A DNA stretch of 64,000 nt from Phycisphaerae bacterium (GCA_024102815.1 JAGFJJ010000069.1:14950-78949); one strand, 5' to 3'. Shown: positions 18,797 through 28,983, numbered from the stretch's first letter. A program made the numbers and translations. The notes: generated by a model from the letters alone, not told the origin.

Positions 18797-20644
18797 TCAA
18801 TGCGTGGCGTTGGGCTGGGGCGCGGTGGCCTCGCCTTCCGTCCCTTTCGGTTTCACCGTAATGGTCGCCTTGTCGTCGTCGCCCTTCGGAGCGGTGGCAT
18901 CGGCGTTCTTCTCGGAATCCGATTCGGGCTTCTGGGTGGCCTTTTCCGCAGGTGCGACGCCGGCAGGACGGGTGGGTCGCCCCTGGGCACCTCCTCGAGG
19001 AGCCTGCGCCGGGGCGCCGGACGGTCGTCCGCGGCGCGACCCACCGGCACCCGCCGGTGGTCCGCCGGGTCGGCCGTTCTCGGGTCCGGTTTCAGGGATC
19101 ATCCGCTTGAGGTTGTCGCCGAATGCGAGCAGTACCTGGTCCCCCGGTTGCAGTCCGGCTGAGACTTCCGCAAACTCGGTCCCCGTTGCACCGAGCGTGA
19201 TGCTCGTCGGCTCGATGTCGGCTCCGTCCTGTTTGAACACGTAGCGCTGCCGTCCTCGGTTGTAAATGGCCTGAACGGGGACGGCCAGCTTGTCCGTCAC
19301 CGTCTCGACAAGAATCGTCGCCAGGGCCGTGTTGCCGGGCTTCAGCGGCACCTCGGACGGATCGAGGGAAATCTCCGTTTCGTACTCCTTGAGGTCGGGG
19401 TTCAGCCAGCGGGATTGGGTTGCGGCGACGACACCAATCTTGGTGACGGTTCCCGTGAACTCGCGGTTGGGAACACCTTCCACCGTGACGCGCGCCGGCT
19501 GTCCAAGGGCGAGCCGGTCCGTCTTGGATTCGTGCACACGAACAACAACAAGCATGCGCGAGGTGTCCGGCACCTGCATGAGCACCTGCCGCTCGTAGAC
19601 CTCGGCGCCCTCGCGAATCTGATCGTTATTTCCCCAGCGGAAACCGCTGTCGCCCGATCCATAGACGACGAACCCGGCCGTGGGAGCGACGATCGTGGTC
19701 TTGGACAACTGCGTGCGAAGCTTGGCGAGCTGCGATTGGATGAGCTCGAGTTCGCGTTTCTTGCCCTCCATATCGCGCTGCTTCTTGGTCTCCTCGGCCT
19801 TGGCGTTCTTATCCACGCGGTCGTGTTCCTTGCGCGCCTCTTCCAGGTCAGACTGCAACTTCGTGAGCTGGGCGACGTGGGTGTAGTCCGTGAGAACAGT
19901 CTTGGCGAGCTGCGCTTTCTGAAGATCCCATCCGGCCTTCTTGTAGGCGAACTCGGCCTGCTGGTAGTCCGTTTTCGTGGTGAAATCCCGATCGTACAAC
20001 TGCTGCGAGGCCTGATAGTCCTCGTCGGCGTTCTTCAGCGTGATCTCGGCCTGTTCGATGGCGATGTCGGCGTCGCGTCGCTGCTGCACCCACTCACCTT
20101 TGAGATACTTGTCGAGCTCGAGCTCCTTGAGCTGAATATCCAGAAGCGCCTTGCGGATGTCGCTGGCGTTCTTGTCGCGCTGAATGTCGAGCTCGGTCTT
20201 GGCCGCTTCGTAAGCCGTGACGGCGTTGGCTTCCTTTAATTCCTCCTCCTGGATGCGCTGTTCGATGGCGTCGCTGGCAAGCCGCACGAGCACGTCACCC
20301 GGTTCGACATAGGCGCCTTCCTCGATGAGGCTGATGATCGTCGTGCGTCCCTCGACCTCGCAGATGATGTCGGTGGACTTGGCCGCCTTGAGCTCGCCCT
20401 TCTCTTTGAGGACGACGTCAAATGTCCGTGGAATGACGGTGAACTTGTCAGCGGAGGCGATGGTGGCCTGCTGTTCGCGCAGGGACCATGCCGCCCACCC
20501 GGCGCCGCCCAGAATTCCGGCGAGGAGGATCGAAAGGGCGACAATGAGGACAGGGCGGGCGGTTCGACGCTTCGCCTTTCTGCTTTCAGCGGCGATAACG
20601 GATCGGCTGCCGGCGGGCGCTGCGGTCGATGGTGAGCTGGTCAT
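18797..20644 (-). CDS. Efflux transporter periplasmic adaptor (HlyD/MacA membrane-fusion family) with long low-complexity C-terminal tail
   Basis: N-terminal TM anchor, long coiled-coil segment (LKELELDKYLK... EEARKEH...), beta-barrel and lipoyl-like regions, then a Pro/Gly/Ala-rich C-terminal tail. Confidence 0.8.
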   Translation of the reverse strand: MTSSPSTAAPAGSRSVIAAESRKAKRRTARPVLIVALSILLAGILGGAGWAAWSLREQQATIASADKFTVIPRTFDVVLKEKGELKAAKSTDIICEVEGRTTIISLIEEGAYVEPGDVLVRLASDAIEQRIQEEELKEANAVTAYEAAKTELDIQRDKNASDIRKALLDIQLKELELDKYLKGEWVQQRRDADIAIEQAEITLKNADEDYQASQQLYDRDFTTKTDYQQAEFAYKKAGWDLQKAQLAKTVLTDYTHVAQLTKLQSDLEEARKEHDRVDKNAKAEETKKQRDMEGKKRELELIQSQLAKLRTQLSKTTIVAPTAGFVVYGSGDSGFRWGNNDQIREGAEVYERQVLMQVPDTSRMLVVVRVHESKTDRLALGQPARVTVEGVPNREFTGTVTKIGVVAATQSRWLNPDLKEYETEISLDPSEVPLKPGNTALATILVETVTDKLAVPVQAIYNRGRQRYVFKQDGADIEPTSITLGATGTEFAEVSAGLQPGDQVLLAFGDNLKRMIPETGPENGRPGGPPAGAGGSRRGRPSGAPAQAPRGGAQGRPTRPAGVAPAEKATQKPESDSEKNADATAPKGDDDKATITVKPKGTEGEATAPQPNATH

Positions 20645-20868
20645 GGTCGGTTTGTCCGGCTAGGAGTCGTGATTCATCGAAACCACTCGGCGCAGTTTCG
20701 CGGCGCTACTACAGTCCCAACATAATACCACCGTCGGCCCGCTACAAATGCGGCCGCCGTACGAACTTGTACGTGCGGCGCGACGGGGCGTCGCCGCGAA
20801 AGCGAGGTCTGGCACGAATAAGTCGCTTCGCGACGGAAAATGTTAGTGCGTCGTCGCGCGGAAATCCC

Positions 20869-22842
20869 CTACGGACCGGCCGGTTCGGCCGGCAACACGA
20901 ACATCTCCGGAGAGAACGTGCCGTCATCGGCGATCCGTAACGTACCCGTATCAAGACGGAAAAGCAGAATGGCGTTCCGGTAGGCGGCGACGGCCGAGGC
21001 CAGGCTGTTTCGAGCGGTGAGCAGATCATTTTCGGCGTCGACGACGTCCTGGTTGGTGGTCTTTCCCAGCTCGAATTGAGCACGGGCGGCGTCGAGTCGG
21101 TATTGGTTCTCCTCGACGTTAAGCGCCTGAATATTGCGGACCTCAGCCTGTTGACCGATTTGCCGGACGGCGCTGCGCACGTCGGCACGGACCCTGTCAC
21201 GAGCTTCGTCGAAGCGCCGCTCACTCCGTCGCAGGTTGATGAGTGCGGCGCGGTACGAATTCCGCTCGGTCTTGCGATCGTCAAGTCGCAGTTCGACACC
21301 GGCTTCCCAGCGGGTCTGGTCGGTGTTGAATCCCACGACGTTGTAACGGTCGGGTGGTGTGCCAAGATCGGCCGAACCCCTCACGTCCAGATCGGGAAGA
21401 ATCTGGTTTCGGGCCACGACGACGGCGCGACGAACGTCATTGACGCTGTCAGCTTCATTGAGCAAATCCAAGCGCAGGCGTATCGCCACTTCCTCCGCCG
21501 TGTCGAGCTCCACATCGGGGAGCATCAAGTCGAGGGACTGGCTCTGCTCATCCTCGTCCTGGCTGACCACGTTGAGCAGCTTGGAGACGGGCAGGCCGAG
21601 AAAGATCTTGAACTGGTCCAGGGCCGATTCGTAGCGCTCCTTGGCGCTGACCAGTTGGGCTTCCGCCTGCCGAAGAATGGACTTGGCGCGGGGGGCCTCG
21701 AAGACCGAACGAGATTGCCCCAGTCGGTTGATGAACTCGGCCCGCTGCCAGTCTTTGAGGCGGCTCACGTAGCTCTTGTAGGTGTTGTTGATCGCCGCCT
21801 TGTTCTGTTGAAGGTCGAAATAACGGGCGGCGACATCGACGATGAACGATCGCCGGAAACGCTCGTAGTTGCGTACCGCGTAGATGAGGTTTCGTTCCGC
21901 CTGGTAGCGGGACTCATACGCCACGCGACCCGATCCCCGCAGCAGGGGGATCGCGGCTTCGAGAATCACCGAGCCCGTTTCCGCGGTGGTGACCCGTTCG
22001 TGAAGATCGCGAACCAGGTTGCTGATGACCCGGGCCGTGACCGTCCCGCCGTAAGGAAGGCGCTGAGAGAATCCCACGTCGCTCGTCGCGTTCAGCGTCT
22101 GGGCAAACAGCGCGGCCTCCCCCTCGTTGGCGTAATCCGCCGAGAAATTGGCCACGAACTGCGGTGTCCAGAGATGTCGTTCGAGGGTCAGGTCCAGGGC
22201 CGCAAGGTAGAGATCCTCGCGGGCGTCCTGAAGAGTGCGGGCGCTCTCGATCCCGGCGGCGATCGCATCCCTCAAGGTAAACACCTCGACATGCTCGCGG
22301 ACATCCGGGGGGTAAATGTCCGGCGTGAGAACCGGCTGAGCACTCTCCTCGGCCGTGTTGCTTAACTGCGCGGCTTCAGCGGACTCGGCAGCGGGCGTTG
22401 GTATTTGCGACGTGTCGTCCGCGGAGGGAACGGGCGGCGAAGCGTCTTCCGGCGATACGGGCGATGCCGGTGGGGGGGGCGAGGCAATCGGCGACTCTTC
22501 CCCGGGGACCGGGCTTGACGCCGTCGGCTGTGCCGCCGCTTCGGGCTGGGAAGGGGCTCCCGTGCGAAACTCGGAGGGAATCTCCGGCGTCACCGGATGG
22601 GGCTCGAAATCGTACATGGCCCCGGAAGGCCGCACCGGCTCATGCGGATCACCGATGTAGGCGTTGGATGTCTCGCCCAGGGCCGCCTGTTGACCGTCGC
22701 GAATGGCCTTGTACACCGAGCGGTCGGTCCAGTGGGTGACGGCATCGTGGCATCCAACAATGGATACGACGCAGACCAGACAAACAAGTATGACGCAGGC
22801 GGAACTCGGCTGGGGGGTTGCGGAGCGAAGATCGGCGTTCAT
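20869..22842 (-). CDS. TolC-family outer-membrane efflux protein (lipoprotein signal)
   Basis: Lipobox-like N-terminus ...VSIVGC; two tandem coiled-coil/beta repeats typical of outer-membrane factor (OEP); Pro-rich linker after the signal. Forms an OMF-MFP-ABC locus with the two downstream genes. Confidence 0.75.
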   Translation of the reverse strand: MNADLRSATPQPSSACVILVCLVCVVSIVGCHDAVTHWTDRSVYKAIRDGQQAALGETSNAYIGDPHEPVRPSGAMYDFEPHPVTPEIPSEFRTGAPSQPEAAAQPTASSPVPGEESPIASPPPPASPVSPEDASPPVPSADDTSQIPTPAAESAEAAQLSNTAEESAQPVLTPDIYPPDVREHVEVFTLRDAIAAGIESARTLQDAREDLYLAALDLTLERHLWTPQFVANFSADYANEGEAALFAQTLNATSDVGFSQRLPYGGTVTARVISNLVRDLHERVTTAETGSVILEAAIPLLRGSGRVAYESRYQAERNLIYAVRNYERFRRSFIVDVAARYFDLQQNKAAINNTYKSYVSRLKDWQRAEFINRLGQSRSVFEAPRAKSILRQAEAQLVSAKERYESALDQFKIFLGLPVSKLLNVVSQDEDEQSQSLDLMLPDVELDTAEEVAIRLRLDLLNEADSVNDVRRAVVVARNQILPDLDVRGSADLGTPPDRYNVVGFNTDQTRWEAGVELRLDDRKTERNSYRAALINLRRSERRFDEARDRVRADVRSAVRQIGQQAEVRNIQALNVEENQYRLDAARAQFELGKTTNQDVVDAENDLLTARNSLASAVAAYRNAILLFRLDTGTLRIADDGTFSPEMFVLPAEPAGP

Positions 22843-23270
22843 GCAGGCGAATCATGCGTTGCGTGCGGGGCGGGTGTCAAGGGTCCAGGACTGGCGCGGG
22901 CAAGTGGAGTCGGCTGATTCGCATGTATGGCGAGGAACGCGGATGCCGAGCAATTGACGCGGACAAGATTGCACAAATAGGCGCGAGAGGGAATCGGACC
23001 ATCACCGATCATGCGCCGCCAGTGGACGTTCACCGTCCGAGTGATTGCTTCCGGTTGTTGGCTCGCGCCCCGCGCGGAAGTCGGGGGCGTCCAGGGTGAT
23101 TCCCCCCCGAGAATTCTCGCCGTCCGTGCGGCGGGCCCCTTGCCCAACGCCGGCGCTTGGCATAAGGGCGACCCACTGGTTAGGATGCCCGTTTCGCAGC
23201 ATCGACGGTCCCGTCGCGGGTACGGGGTTCGATGCGGCGGTGTGCAAAATTCGTTCGAGCGGAGTCACCG

Positions 23271-25298
23271 ATGGCTGTTTTCCAACCCGATCAGTACCGA
23301 AATGTCGTTCTCGTGGGACACACCGGAGCTGGTAAGACCACGCTCGCCGAAGCGCTCCTGTTCAAGGCCGGAATGACCACGCGCCAGGGCAGCGTGACCG
23401 ATGGGACATCCATTCTCGATTTCACCGAGGAATCCCGGGAGAAGAAGAGCTCGCTGGACTCGTCCGTTGCCTTCCTGAATCACAAGGACTGCCACGTAAA
23501 TCTGATCGATACCCCCGGGATCAGCGTGTTCTGCGGGCCGGCGATTGCGTCGCTGGCGGCGGCCGAGTGCGCGGTGATCGTCATCTCTGCTTCGGCCGGG
23601 ATTCAAGTCAATACGCGAAAGATGTACGAGAAGGCGAAGTCGTACGGCTTGGCGATCTGGTTCGTCATTAACCATATAAACTCCGCAAACGTCGACCTGC
23701 CTGCCCTGGTGGCCGCTATCCAGGAGTCGTTCGGAGCCGAGTGCCTGCCCGTGAACCTCCCGACCGGCGGCGGAAAGCAGGTTGCCGACTGCCTCGCCGG
23801 CGATTCCGGTGACGCGGATTTCTCGAGCGTTGCGGACGCCCATTCAGCCTTGATCGATGCGATCGTCGGCGTGGACGACGAGCTCATGGAGCGATTCCTG
23901 GGCGGCGAACTGGCTGACGAAGAAGCCCGGTCCCATGCTCCGCGGGCCGTCGCCCAGGGAGCACTTTGCCCCATCCTGTTTACCGACGCGGTGGACGGCG
24001 TCGGTGTCGCCGAATTCCTGGACGCCATGGTAGCGCTTTGCCCCAGCCCGGTGACCGGCAAGCACCGCGTCCTCAAGACGGAGGAGGAGGAAATCGAGCT
24101 CAAGGCCGCTCCGGACGGCCCGTTCGTCGGGCAGGTCTTCAAGGTCACGACCGACCCCAAGAGCCACATCAAGTACCTGGGTGTGCGAATCTTCTCGGGC
24201 ACGCTGACCAGCGACATGAGCATCCATACGGCCGACGCCACGAAAGGGGCTCGTCCGGGCCATACCATGCGATTCTTCGGCGGGGAACATAGGGACCTGG
24301 AAAGCGGTATGGCCGGCGACGTCGTCGCCTTGGCAAAGCTCGACTACCGAATCGGCGATGTGCTGACCTCCAAGGAAACGGGCACGGTCGATATGCCGGC
24401 GTTCCCCAAGCCGATGTTCTCCCTGGCCATCGAGTCGAAGAGCCGAGGTGACGAGGACAAGATCGGCGTGGCCCTGCGGCGATTCGAGGAGGAGGATCCC
24501 TGTTTCACCTCCGAGCGGGGAACCGGCGGCGAGCTCGTGGTCAACGGCATGGGCGACCTCCACGTGCGAACCATGCTCAACCGCATGGCCGGCCAGTACA
24601 AGTTGCACGTGGACACCAAACCGCCCCGCATTCCCTACCGCGAGACCATTACGGGAACGGCCAAAGACATTGAATACACGCACAAGAAGCAGACCGGCGG
24701 CGCGGGTCAATACGGCAAGGTCGTCATCAACGTCCTTCCCGCCCAGCGCGGCGAGGGTTACGAGTTCGTCGACAAGATCTTCGGCGGGGCGATCGACCAG
24801 TCCTTCCGTCCCAGCGTGGACAAGGGCATCCGGGCGGTCATGGCCGAGGGCGTCCTCGCCGGCTATCCCATCGTCGATGTCAAGGTGGAGTTGACCGACG
24901 GCAAGACGCACCCCGTCGACAGCAAGGACATTGCCTTCCAGATCGCCGGTCGCGGGGCTTTCAAGGAAGGATTCATGAAGGCCAAGCCCGTTCTGCTCGA
25001 GCCCATCGTGCACATCGAGGTGACGTGCCCGGCGGAAAATCTGGGCGACATTCAGGGCGACCTTGCCTCGCGCCGTGGCCGCCCTCAAGGACAGGAGATG
25101 CTTCCGGGCAACATGGCGGTCATCAAGGCCCAGATTCCTCTGTCGGAAGTGGCCGACTACAACTCGCGCCTGTCCAGCATCACCGGCGGCCAGGGCAGTT
25201 ATTCCATGGATTTCTCGCACTACGAAGTCGTGCCCGGCAACGTCCAGCAGCAGATCGTCGACGCGGCAAAGAAGGAGCACGAGGAGGCAGGACACTAA
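23271..25298 (+). CDS. Elongation factor G paralog (EF-G2-like translational GTPase)
   Basis: G1 GHTGAGKTT, G3 DTPG, and domains II-V conserved to the C-terminus. G4 region reads FVINHINSANVD instead of canonical FVNKMD. ATG 23271 with GGAG 6 nt upstream. Confidence 0.8.
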   Translation: MAVFQPDQYRNVVLVGHTGAGKTTLAEALLFKAGMTTRQGSVTDGTSILDFTEESREKKSSLDSSVAFLNHKDCHVNLIDTPGISVFCGPAIASLAAAECAVIVISASAGIQVNTRKMYEKAKSYGLAIWFVINHINSANVDLPALVAAIQESFGAECLPVNLPTGGGKQVADCLAGDSGDADFSSVADAHSALIDAIVGVDDELMERFLGGELADEEARSHAPRAVAQGALCPILFTDAVDGVGVAEFLDAMVALCPSPVTGKHRVLKTEEEEIELKAAPDGPFVGQVFKVTTDPKSHIKYLGVRIFSGTLTSDMSIHTADATKGARPGHTMRFFGGEHRDLESGMAGDVVALAKLDYRIGDVLTSKETGTVDMPAFPKPMFSLAIESKSRGDEDKIGVALRRFEEEDPCFTSERGTGGELVVNGMGDLHVRTMLNRMAGQYKLHVDTKPPRIPYRETITGTAKDIEYTHKKQTGGAGQYGKVVINVLPAQRGEGYEFVDKIFGGAIDQSFRPSVDKGIRAVMAEGVLAGYPIVDVKVELTDGKTHPVDSKDIAFQIAGRGAFKEGFMKAKPVLLEPIVHIEVTCPAENLGDIQGDLASRRGRPQGQEMLPGNMAVIKAQIPLSEVADYNSRLSSITGGQGSYSMDFSHYEVVPGNVQQQIVDAAKKEHEEAGH

Positions 25299-25741
25299 CG
25301 CATCGGGACAACGTGCGGAGATGGTTCTTGGTCTGAGTGGTCAGCAATACCGGACCGCTCAGTTGAACGCGACCGCATTTCCGCCAGTTGCCGCTCCAAT
25401 TCGGCCACCCGCTGGGCGAGTTTGTCCTCGGACTTCGGCGCCGACCAGATGGGATAACCGATCTCGAAGAGGATGAGGTTCTCGTTATCTCCGTTACCGT
25501 CGTCGATATCCCGGCGCCGGTAGGAAACGCCCGTCGTGATGCCCTTGTCCCAGCGAAACTCGATGCCTTGCTTAGCTTCAAATCGGATGTCGTTGGTTTG
25601 GGCCTGGCTATGGTTGCGGTATTCCGGCCCGAAGGAGCTGCGGCCCCGCACTTCCTTCAAAGCGCACCCGCTTGAGAACATGACGAGGAGACCCAGGACC
25701 AATATTGCGGAGTGGCGCTGGCTCACCTGGATCACGGCCAT
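25295..25741 (-). CDS. Hypothetical lipoprotein
   Basis: Signal peptide with lipobox MAVIQVSQRHSAILVLGLLVMFSSGC; C-terminal coiled-coil LAQRVAELERQLAEMRSR. Confidence 0.4.
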   Translation of the reverse strand: MAVIQVSQRHSAILVLGLLVMFSSGCALKEVRGRSSFGPEYRNHSQAQTNDIRFEAKQGIEFRWDKGITTGVSYRRRDIDDGNGDNENLILFEIGYPIWSAPKSEDKLAQRVAELERQLAEMRSRSTERSGIADHSDQEPSPHVVPMR

Positions 25742-25891
25742 CCCGATCTTCGCATCACTTTTCCGCCTCACGTTCAACTCCACTCGCTTCATAAGTCTCG
25801 CGCCTTTCTACTCGTGGCGTCCCGCATCCGCACAAACGACGCTGATTCGGACTGCCGCGAATACAGTATTCGGCCTATGCGGCCGACGCCC

Positions 25892-26815
25892 TCAGAAAAC
25901 GACCTTGATCATCGTAACAATGCCGAGAATGCATGTCAGGATACCTACACTTCCACGCATGACGGATTCAGGCAGGAACCGAACCGTGACCGTGGCCAGC
26001 GGTACGCTGAGCAGTGCCCCCAGGGTCAGCGGCACAGCCAACGGCCAGTAGATCGGCCCGCCCTTCAGTCCCACGAAATACGCTACCAGGGCCACGAAGC
26101 ACGTCAGCGATTCCGCCAGCGACGTGATGGCCACCGCGTGCTTGGCCGGCAGACCGGAGACGACCTGCCCCCCGGTGACCAGCGGTCCGTAGCCGCCACC
26201 GCTGAGACCCTTGTTGAATGCCGCAATAGCTCCGACCGCGATGATGTGGCCGCGGCGATAGCGAAGCTGGCGTCGAACGGTGGCCAGAATGACCACCCCC
26301 ACGGAGAGAATGATCACGGCGATGATCCCGCTGAGCCACACCTTGGGAATCTTGAGCGCGACAGTGACGGCGGCGATCGCGCCGGCCGCGCTCAAAATGG
26401 ACAGGAGTACGACCGTATGGATCGCGCGGCGATCACGAAGGAAATCAACGTTGCCATCGCGATGGTGAAGCAGCCCGGCCGCCAGCCCGGTGAGGCACTC
26501 GCTGAAGAGAATCGCGGGAACGATCTGGAGCGGCTCGAACCCCGCGAGCAGCAGCAGGGGCGTGAGCGTGGTTCCATAACCCATGCCCAGAGCGGAGTCG
26601 ATGTACTCACAACTCAGCGCGGTCAGGAACACGATGATCAGCGTGAGCGCGGCCAGTTCGCCGCTGACAGCCGGCAGCGGCGTCCACTCCGGAATTGCGG
26701 CCTGAATCACGAACGCCGCAACAACCCCAAGAACCGCCAGCGCCCACATGCGAAGTCGTCGGCTATGGCGGACATAGTACCCGACACCGGATGTTCCGAC
26801 GGACGTTGCTTCCAT
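25892..26815 (-). CDS. TauE/SafE (DUF81) family anion exporter membrane protein
   Basis: Eight predicted TM helices with the internal-repeat structure and Gly-rich GGGYGP loops typical of DUF81 sulfite/anion exporters. Confidence 0.7.
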   Translation of the reverse strand: MEATSVGTSGVGYYVRHSRRLRMWALAVLGVVAAFVIQAAIPEWTPLPAVSGELAALTLIIVFLTALSCEYIDSALGMGYGTTLTPLLLLAGFEPLQIVPAILFSECLTGLAAGLLHHRDGNVDFLRDRRAIHTVVLLSILSAAGAIAAVTVALKIPKVWLSGIIAVIILSVGVVILATVRRQLRYRRGHIIAVGAIAAFNKGLSGGGYGPLVTGGQVVSGLPAKHAVAITSLAESLTCFVALVAYFVGLKGGPIYWPLAVPLTLGALLSVPLATVTVRFLPESVMRGSVGILTCILGIVTMIKVVF

Positions 26816-26892
26816 GACGATCCCCCCTGAATGGTGTGCCGCGAGAGTCGATTCCGTCTCTCGATGCGCCTCGGGCGGGAACTATCGGTGGT

Positions 26893-27147
26893 CTACTCGA
26901 TATAGCCCAACGCCCGGAGTCGCCGGCGCACGGCCTCGATTTCCGATTCCGAAAGGGAAGGCGCCGCGCCCGATTTGTGTTCGAACTTTCCCCCGCTGGC
27001 GACGTCCCGCAAGACATGAACGGCGAACTCCGTCACGCTGCGGAAGCCGGTGTTCTCGATGATGCGAGAGAGGTTCTCATACAACTCGGCGGGAATCTTG
27101 ATCGTCACCCGCCCTTTGTCCTTTGGCCCCTTGGCGGTGCTCATCAT
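26893..27147 (-). CDS. Ribbon-helix-helix (CopG/MetJ/NikR-N-like) DNA-binding protein
   Basis: 84 aa. N-terminal beta-strand plus two helices (RVTIKIPAELYENLSRIIENTGFRSVTEFAVHVLRDV) fits the RHH fold; directly upstream of and co-oriented with the TauE/SafE gene. Confidence 0.6.
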   Translation of the reverse strand: MMSTAKGPKDKGRVTIKIPAELYENLSRIIENTGFRSVTEFAVHVLRDVASGGKFEHKSGAAPSLSESEIEAVRRRLRALGYIE

Positions 27148-27160
27148 GCCGCTCCGTCGA

Positions 27161-27200
27161 AAGGCTCCAATTGGAGTCTAGCAAGGCTCCTTTTGGAGTC
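27161..27200. promoter_or_regulatory. Tandem operator-like repeats (2 x 18 bp, each CTCC-N4-GGAG inverted repeat) immediately 5' of the RHH gene
   Basis: AAGGCTCCAATTGGAGTC (27161-27178) and AAGGCTCCTTTTGGAGTC (27183-27200), 22 bp centre-to-centre, 14-53 bp upstream of the RHH start codon (minus strand). Confidence 0.35.
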
Positions 27201-27501
27201 AAGATGGATTCATTCCGGATTCCTGTCGAATAGGTTTATCGGACTGATGGCCGCCCGACAACATCATTCCGCGCGACCGCGACTTGACCGATCTCAGGTG
27301 GCAGGGTGCTGGCTGACGATGACTCCCTGTACGAGTTTGTGGTTTTTTCGCTAGCTTGCTATTCTGGTCCCCTTCTGGACGACCCAGCATAACAGGACTG
27401 CGAATTCACCTCGCCAGGATGCGGGCCGATCTTCCAGGTTATTTTCCAGGCAGCGCCGAGCTCGAGGCCGGTCGCGCGCTGCGCCAATTGCGGCCGAAAG
27501 G

Positions 27502-28983
27502 TTGGTTGAAATGATGCGCAGGTACTTCACTTTTTCTGCCGGTTCGCTGATGCTCGCGCTTGCGACAGGCTGTCCAAACGTGATGCCCACAGGCAATGCC
27601 GACGACACCGCGAGGAAGCGCGTGACGCAGGCCGAGATTGATGCGGGCGACTACACGCTGCCGGAGCTGATGTTTATCGGCCGCAATCTCTCCATCCGCA
27701 ACTGGCGGGTCGAGGACGGATTCGGCAACGCCCGCACGCGATCGGCCCCCAACATCGACCGGCTCCCCGGCCCGGACTCCACGTCGTGCATTAGTTGCCA
27801 CGGGCTGGGCAACGGCGTGATCCTCGGCTGGGGCAACAACGCCGGCAACGTGCTCGTAGCGCTGGATGATCCGGTGAACCCGACGATCAGCGGCTCGAAC
27901 GAGCGTAATACGCCGACTGAGCACGGCCTGTCCCTTCTCGAACTCCTCGGTCGGGAGATGAGCCAGGAGCTTCAGGCCATCCGCGACGGCGCCCTGGCCG
28001 AAGCCGCGGACAGCGGCAGTGACGTAGCCGCCGCGTTGACCACGAAGGGCATCAACTACGGCACGATCACGGCCCGTGCTGACGGTACCGTGGACACGAG
28101 CGGAATCGTGGGGATCGACGCCGACCTGCGCCTGCGGCCGTTCCACGCCAAGGGGCAGGAGGCCACCATTCGCATCTTCACGCGGAACGCGCTCAATCGA
28201 CACCACGGCATTCAGTCCACTGAATTCCTGCTGTTCAAGGACGCCGCCAACGACCCCGAGGCCTGGGACGAGGACAGCGACGGCGTGGTCAATGAGCTTA
28301 CCGAAGGCGAGCTGACCGCCATGACGCTGTTCCAGATTTGCCTGCCGATCCCGCAGGAAGTGGACCAGGACAATGCGTCGATCGCCCGCGGCCGGGCACT
28401 CATGGACACGATCGGCTGCACGGCTTGCCACGTTCCGTCTCTGACGCTCGATGATCCGACATGGCGCTCCACGAGCTCGGCCGGCGTGATGCTGGAGGTT
28501 GACATTACCGACAACGCCCAACTGGGTGCGGGCCGTCCGCAGCGCGAGGCCGACGGGACGGTCGAGGTCGGGCTGTGGGGGGACCTGAAACGACACGACC
28601 TCGGGCCGGAGTCCCACGAGCCGCTGGATCAGCCCGTCGATCTCAGCATGCCGGACTACGAGCCGGATTCCTTTGCGGCGCACATCGCCGAGACGCTGCC
28701 GCCGATTCCGCGCGAGCTGATGATGACGACCGAGCTCTGGGGCGTCCGCGATACCGGCCCTTGGTGGCATGACGGCAGCTCGCCGACGATCCACGATTCC
28801 ATTCTCCGCCACGGGGGCGAGGGCCAAGCATCGGCCGAGGCCTACGCGGCGCTTTCTCCCGAGGACCAGGCCGATCTGCTCAAGTTCCTCGACTCCCTCC
28901 AGGTGGCACCGGTGGGCGAAGTGATGTTCTCCGCGTCGGGGGATGCGGGCGCGAAGAGCGCGGCGGGGGGGGAGAATCAATAG
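27502..28983 (+). CDS. Di-heme c-type enzyme, DUF1111-like putative peroxidase/thiol oxidoreductase (lipoprotein)
   Basis: Two CxxCH heme-binding motifs (CISCHG, CTACHV); lipobox LALATGC; about 490 aa, matching DUF1111 architecture. Confidence 0.65.
   Translation: MVEMMRRYFTFSAGSLMLALATGCPNVMPTGNADDTARKRVTQAEIDAGDYTLPELMFIGRNLSIRNWRVEDGFGNARTRSAPNIDRLPGPDSTSCISCHGLGNGVILGWGNNAGNVLVALDDPVNPTISGSNERNTPTEHGLSLLELLGREMSQELQAIRDGALAEAADSGSDVAAALTTKGINYGTITARADGTVDTSGIVGIDADLRLRPFHAKGQEATIRIFTRNALNRHHGIQSTEFLLFKDAANDPEAWDEDSDGVVNELTEGELTAMTLFQICLPIPQEVDQDNASIARGRALMDTIGCTACHVPSLTLDDPTWRSTSSAGVMLEVDITDNAQLGAGRPQREADGTVEVGLWGDLKRHDLGPESHEPLDQPVDLSMPDYEPDSFAAHIAETLPPIPRELMMTTELWGVRDTGPWWHDGSSPTIHDSILRHGGEGQASAEAYAALSPEDQADLLKFLDSLQVAPVGEVMFSASGDAGAKSAAGGENQ

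Noticed and set aside
23844-25295. 483-aa minus-strand ORF antisense to the EF-G paralog
   Set aside because: The EF-G paralog has canonical GTPase motifs in the plus frame, so this is a shadow frame.
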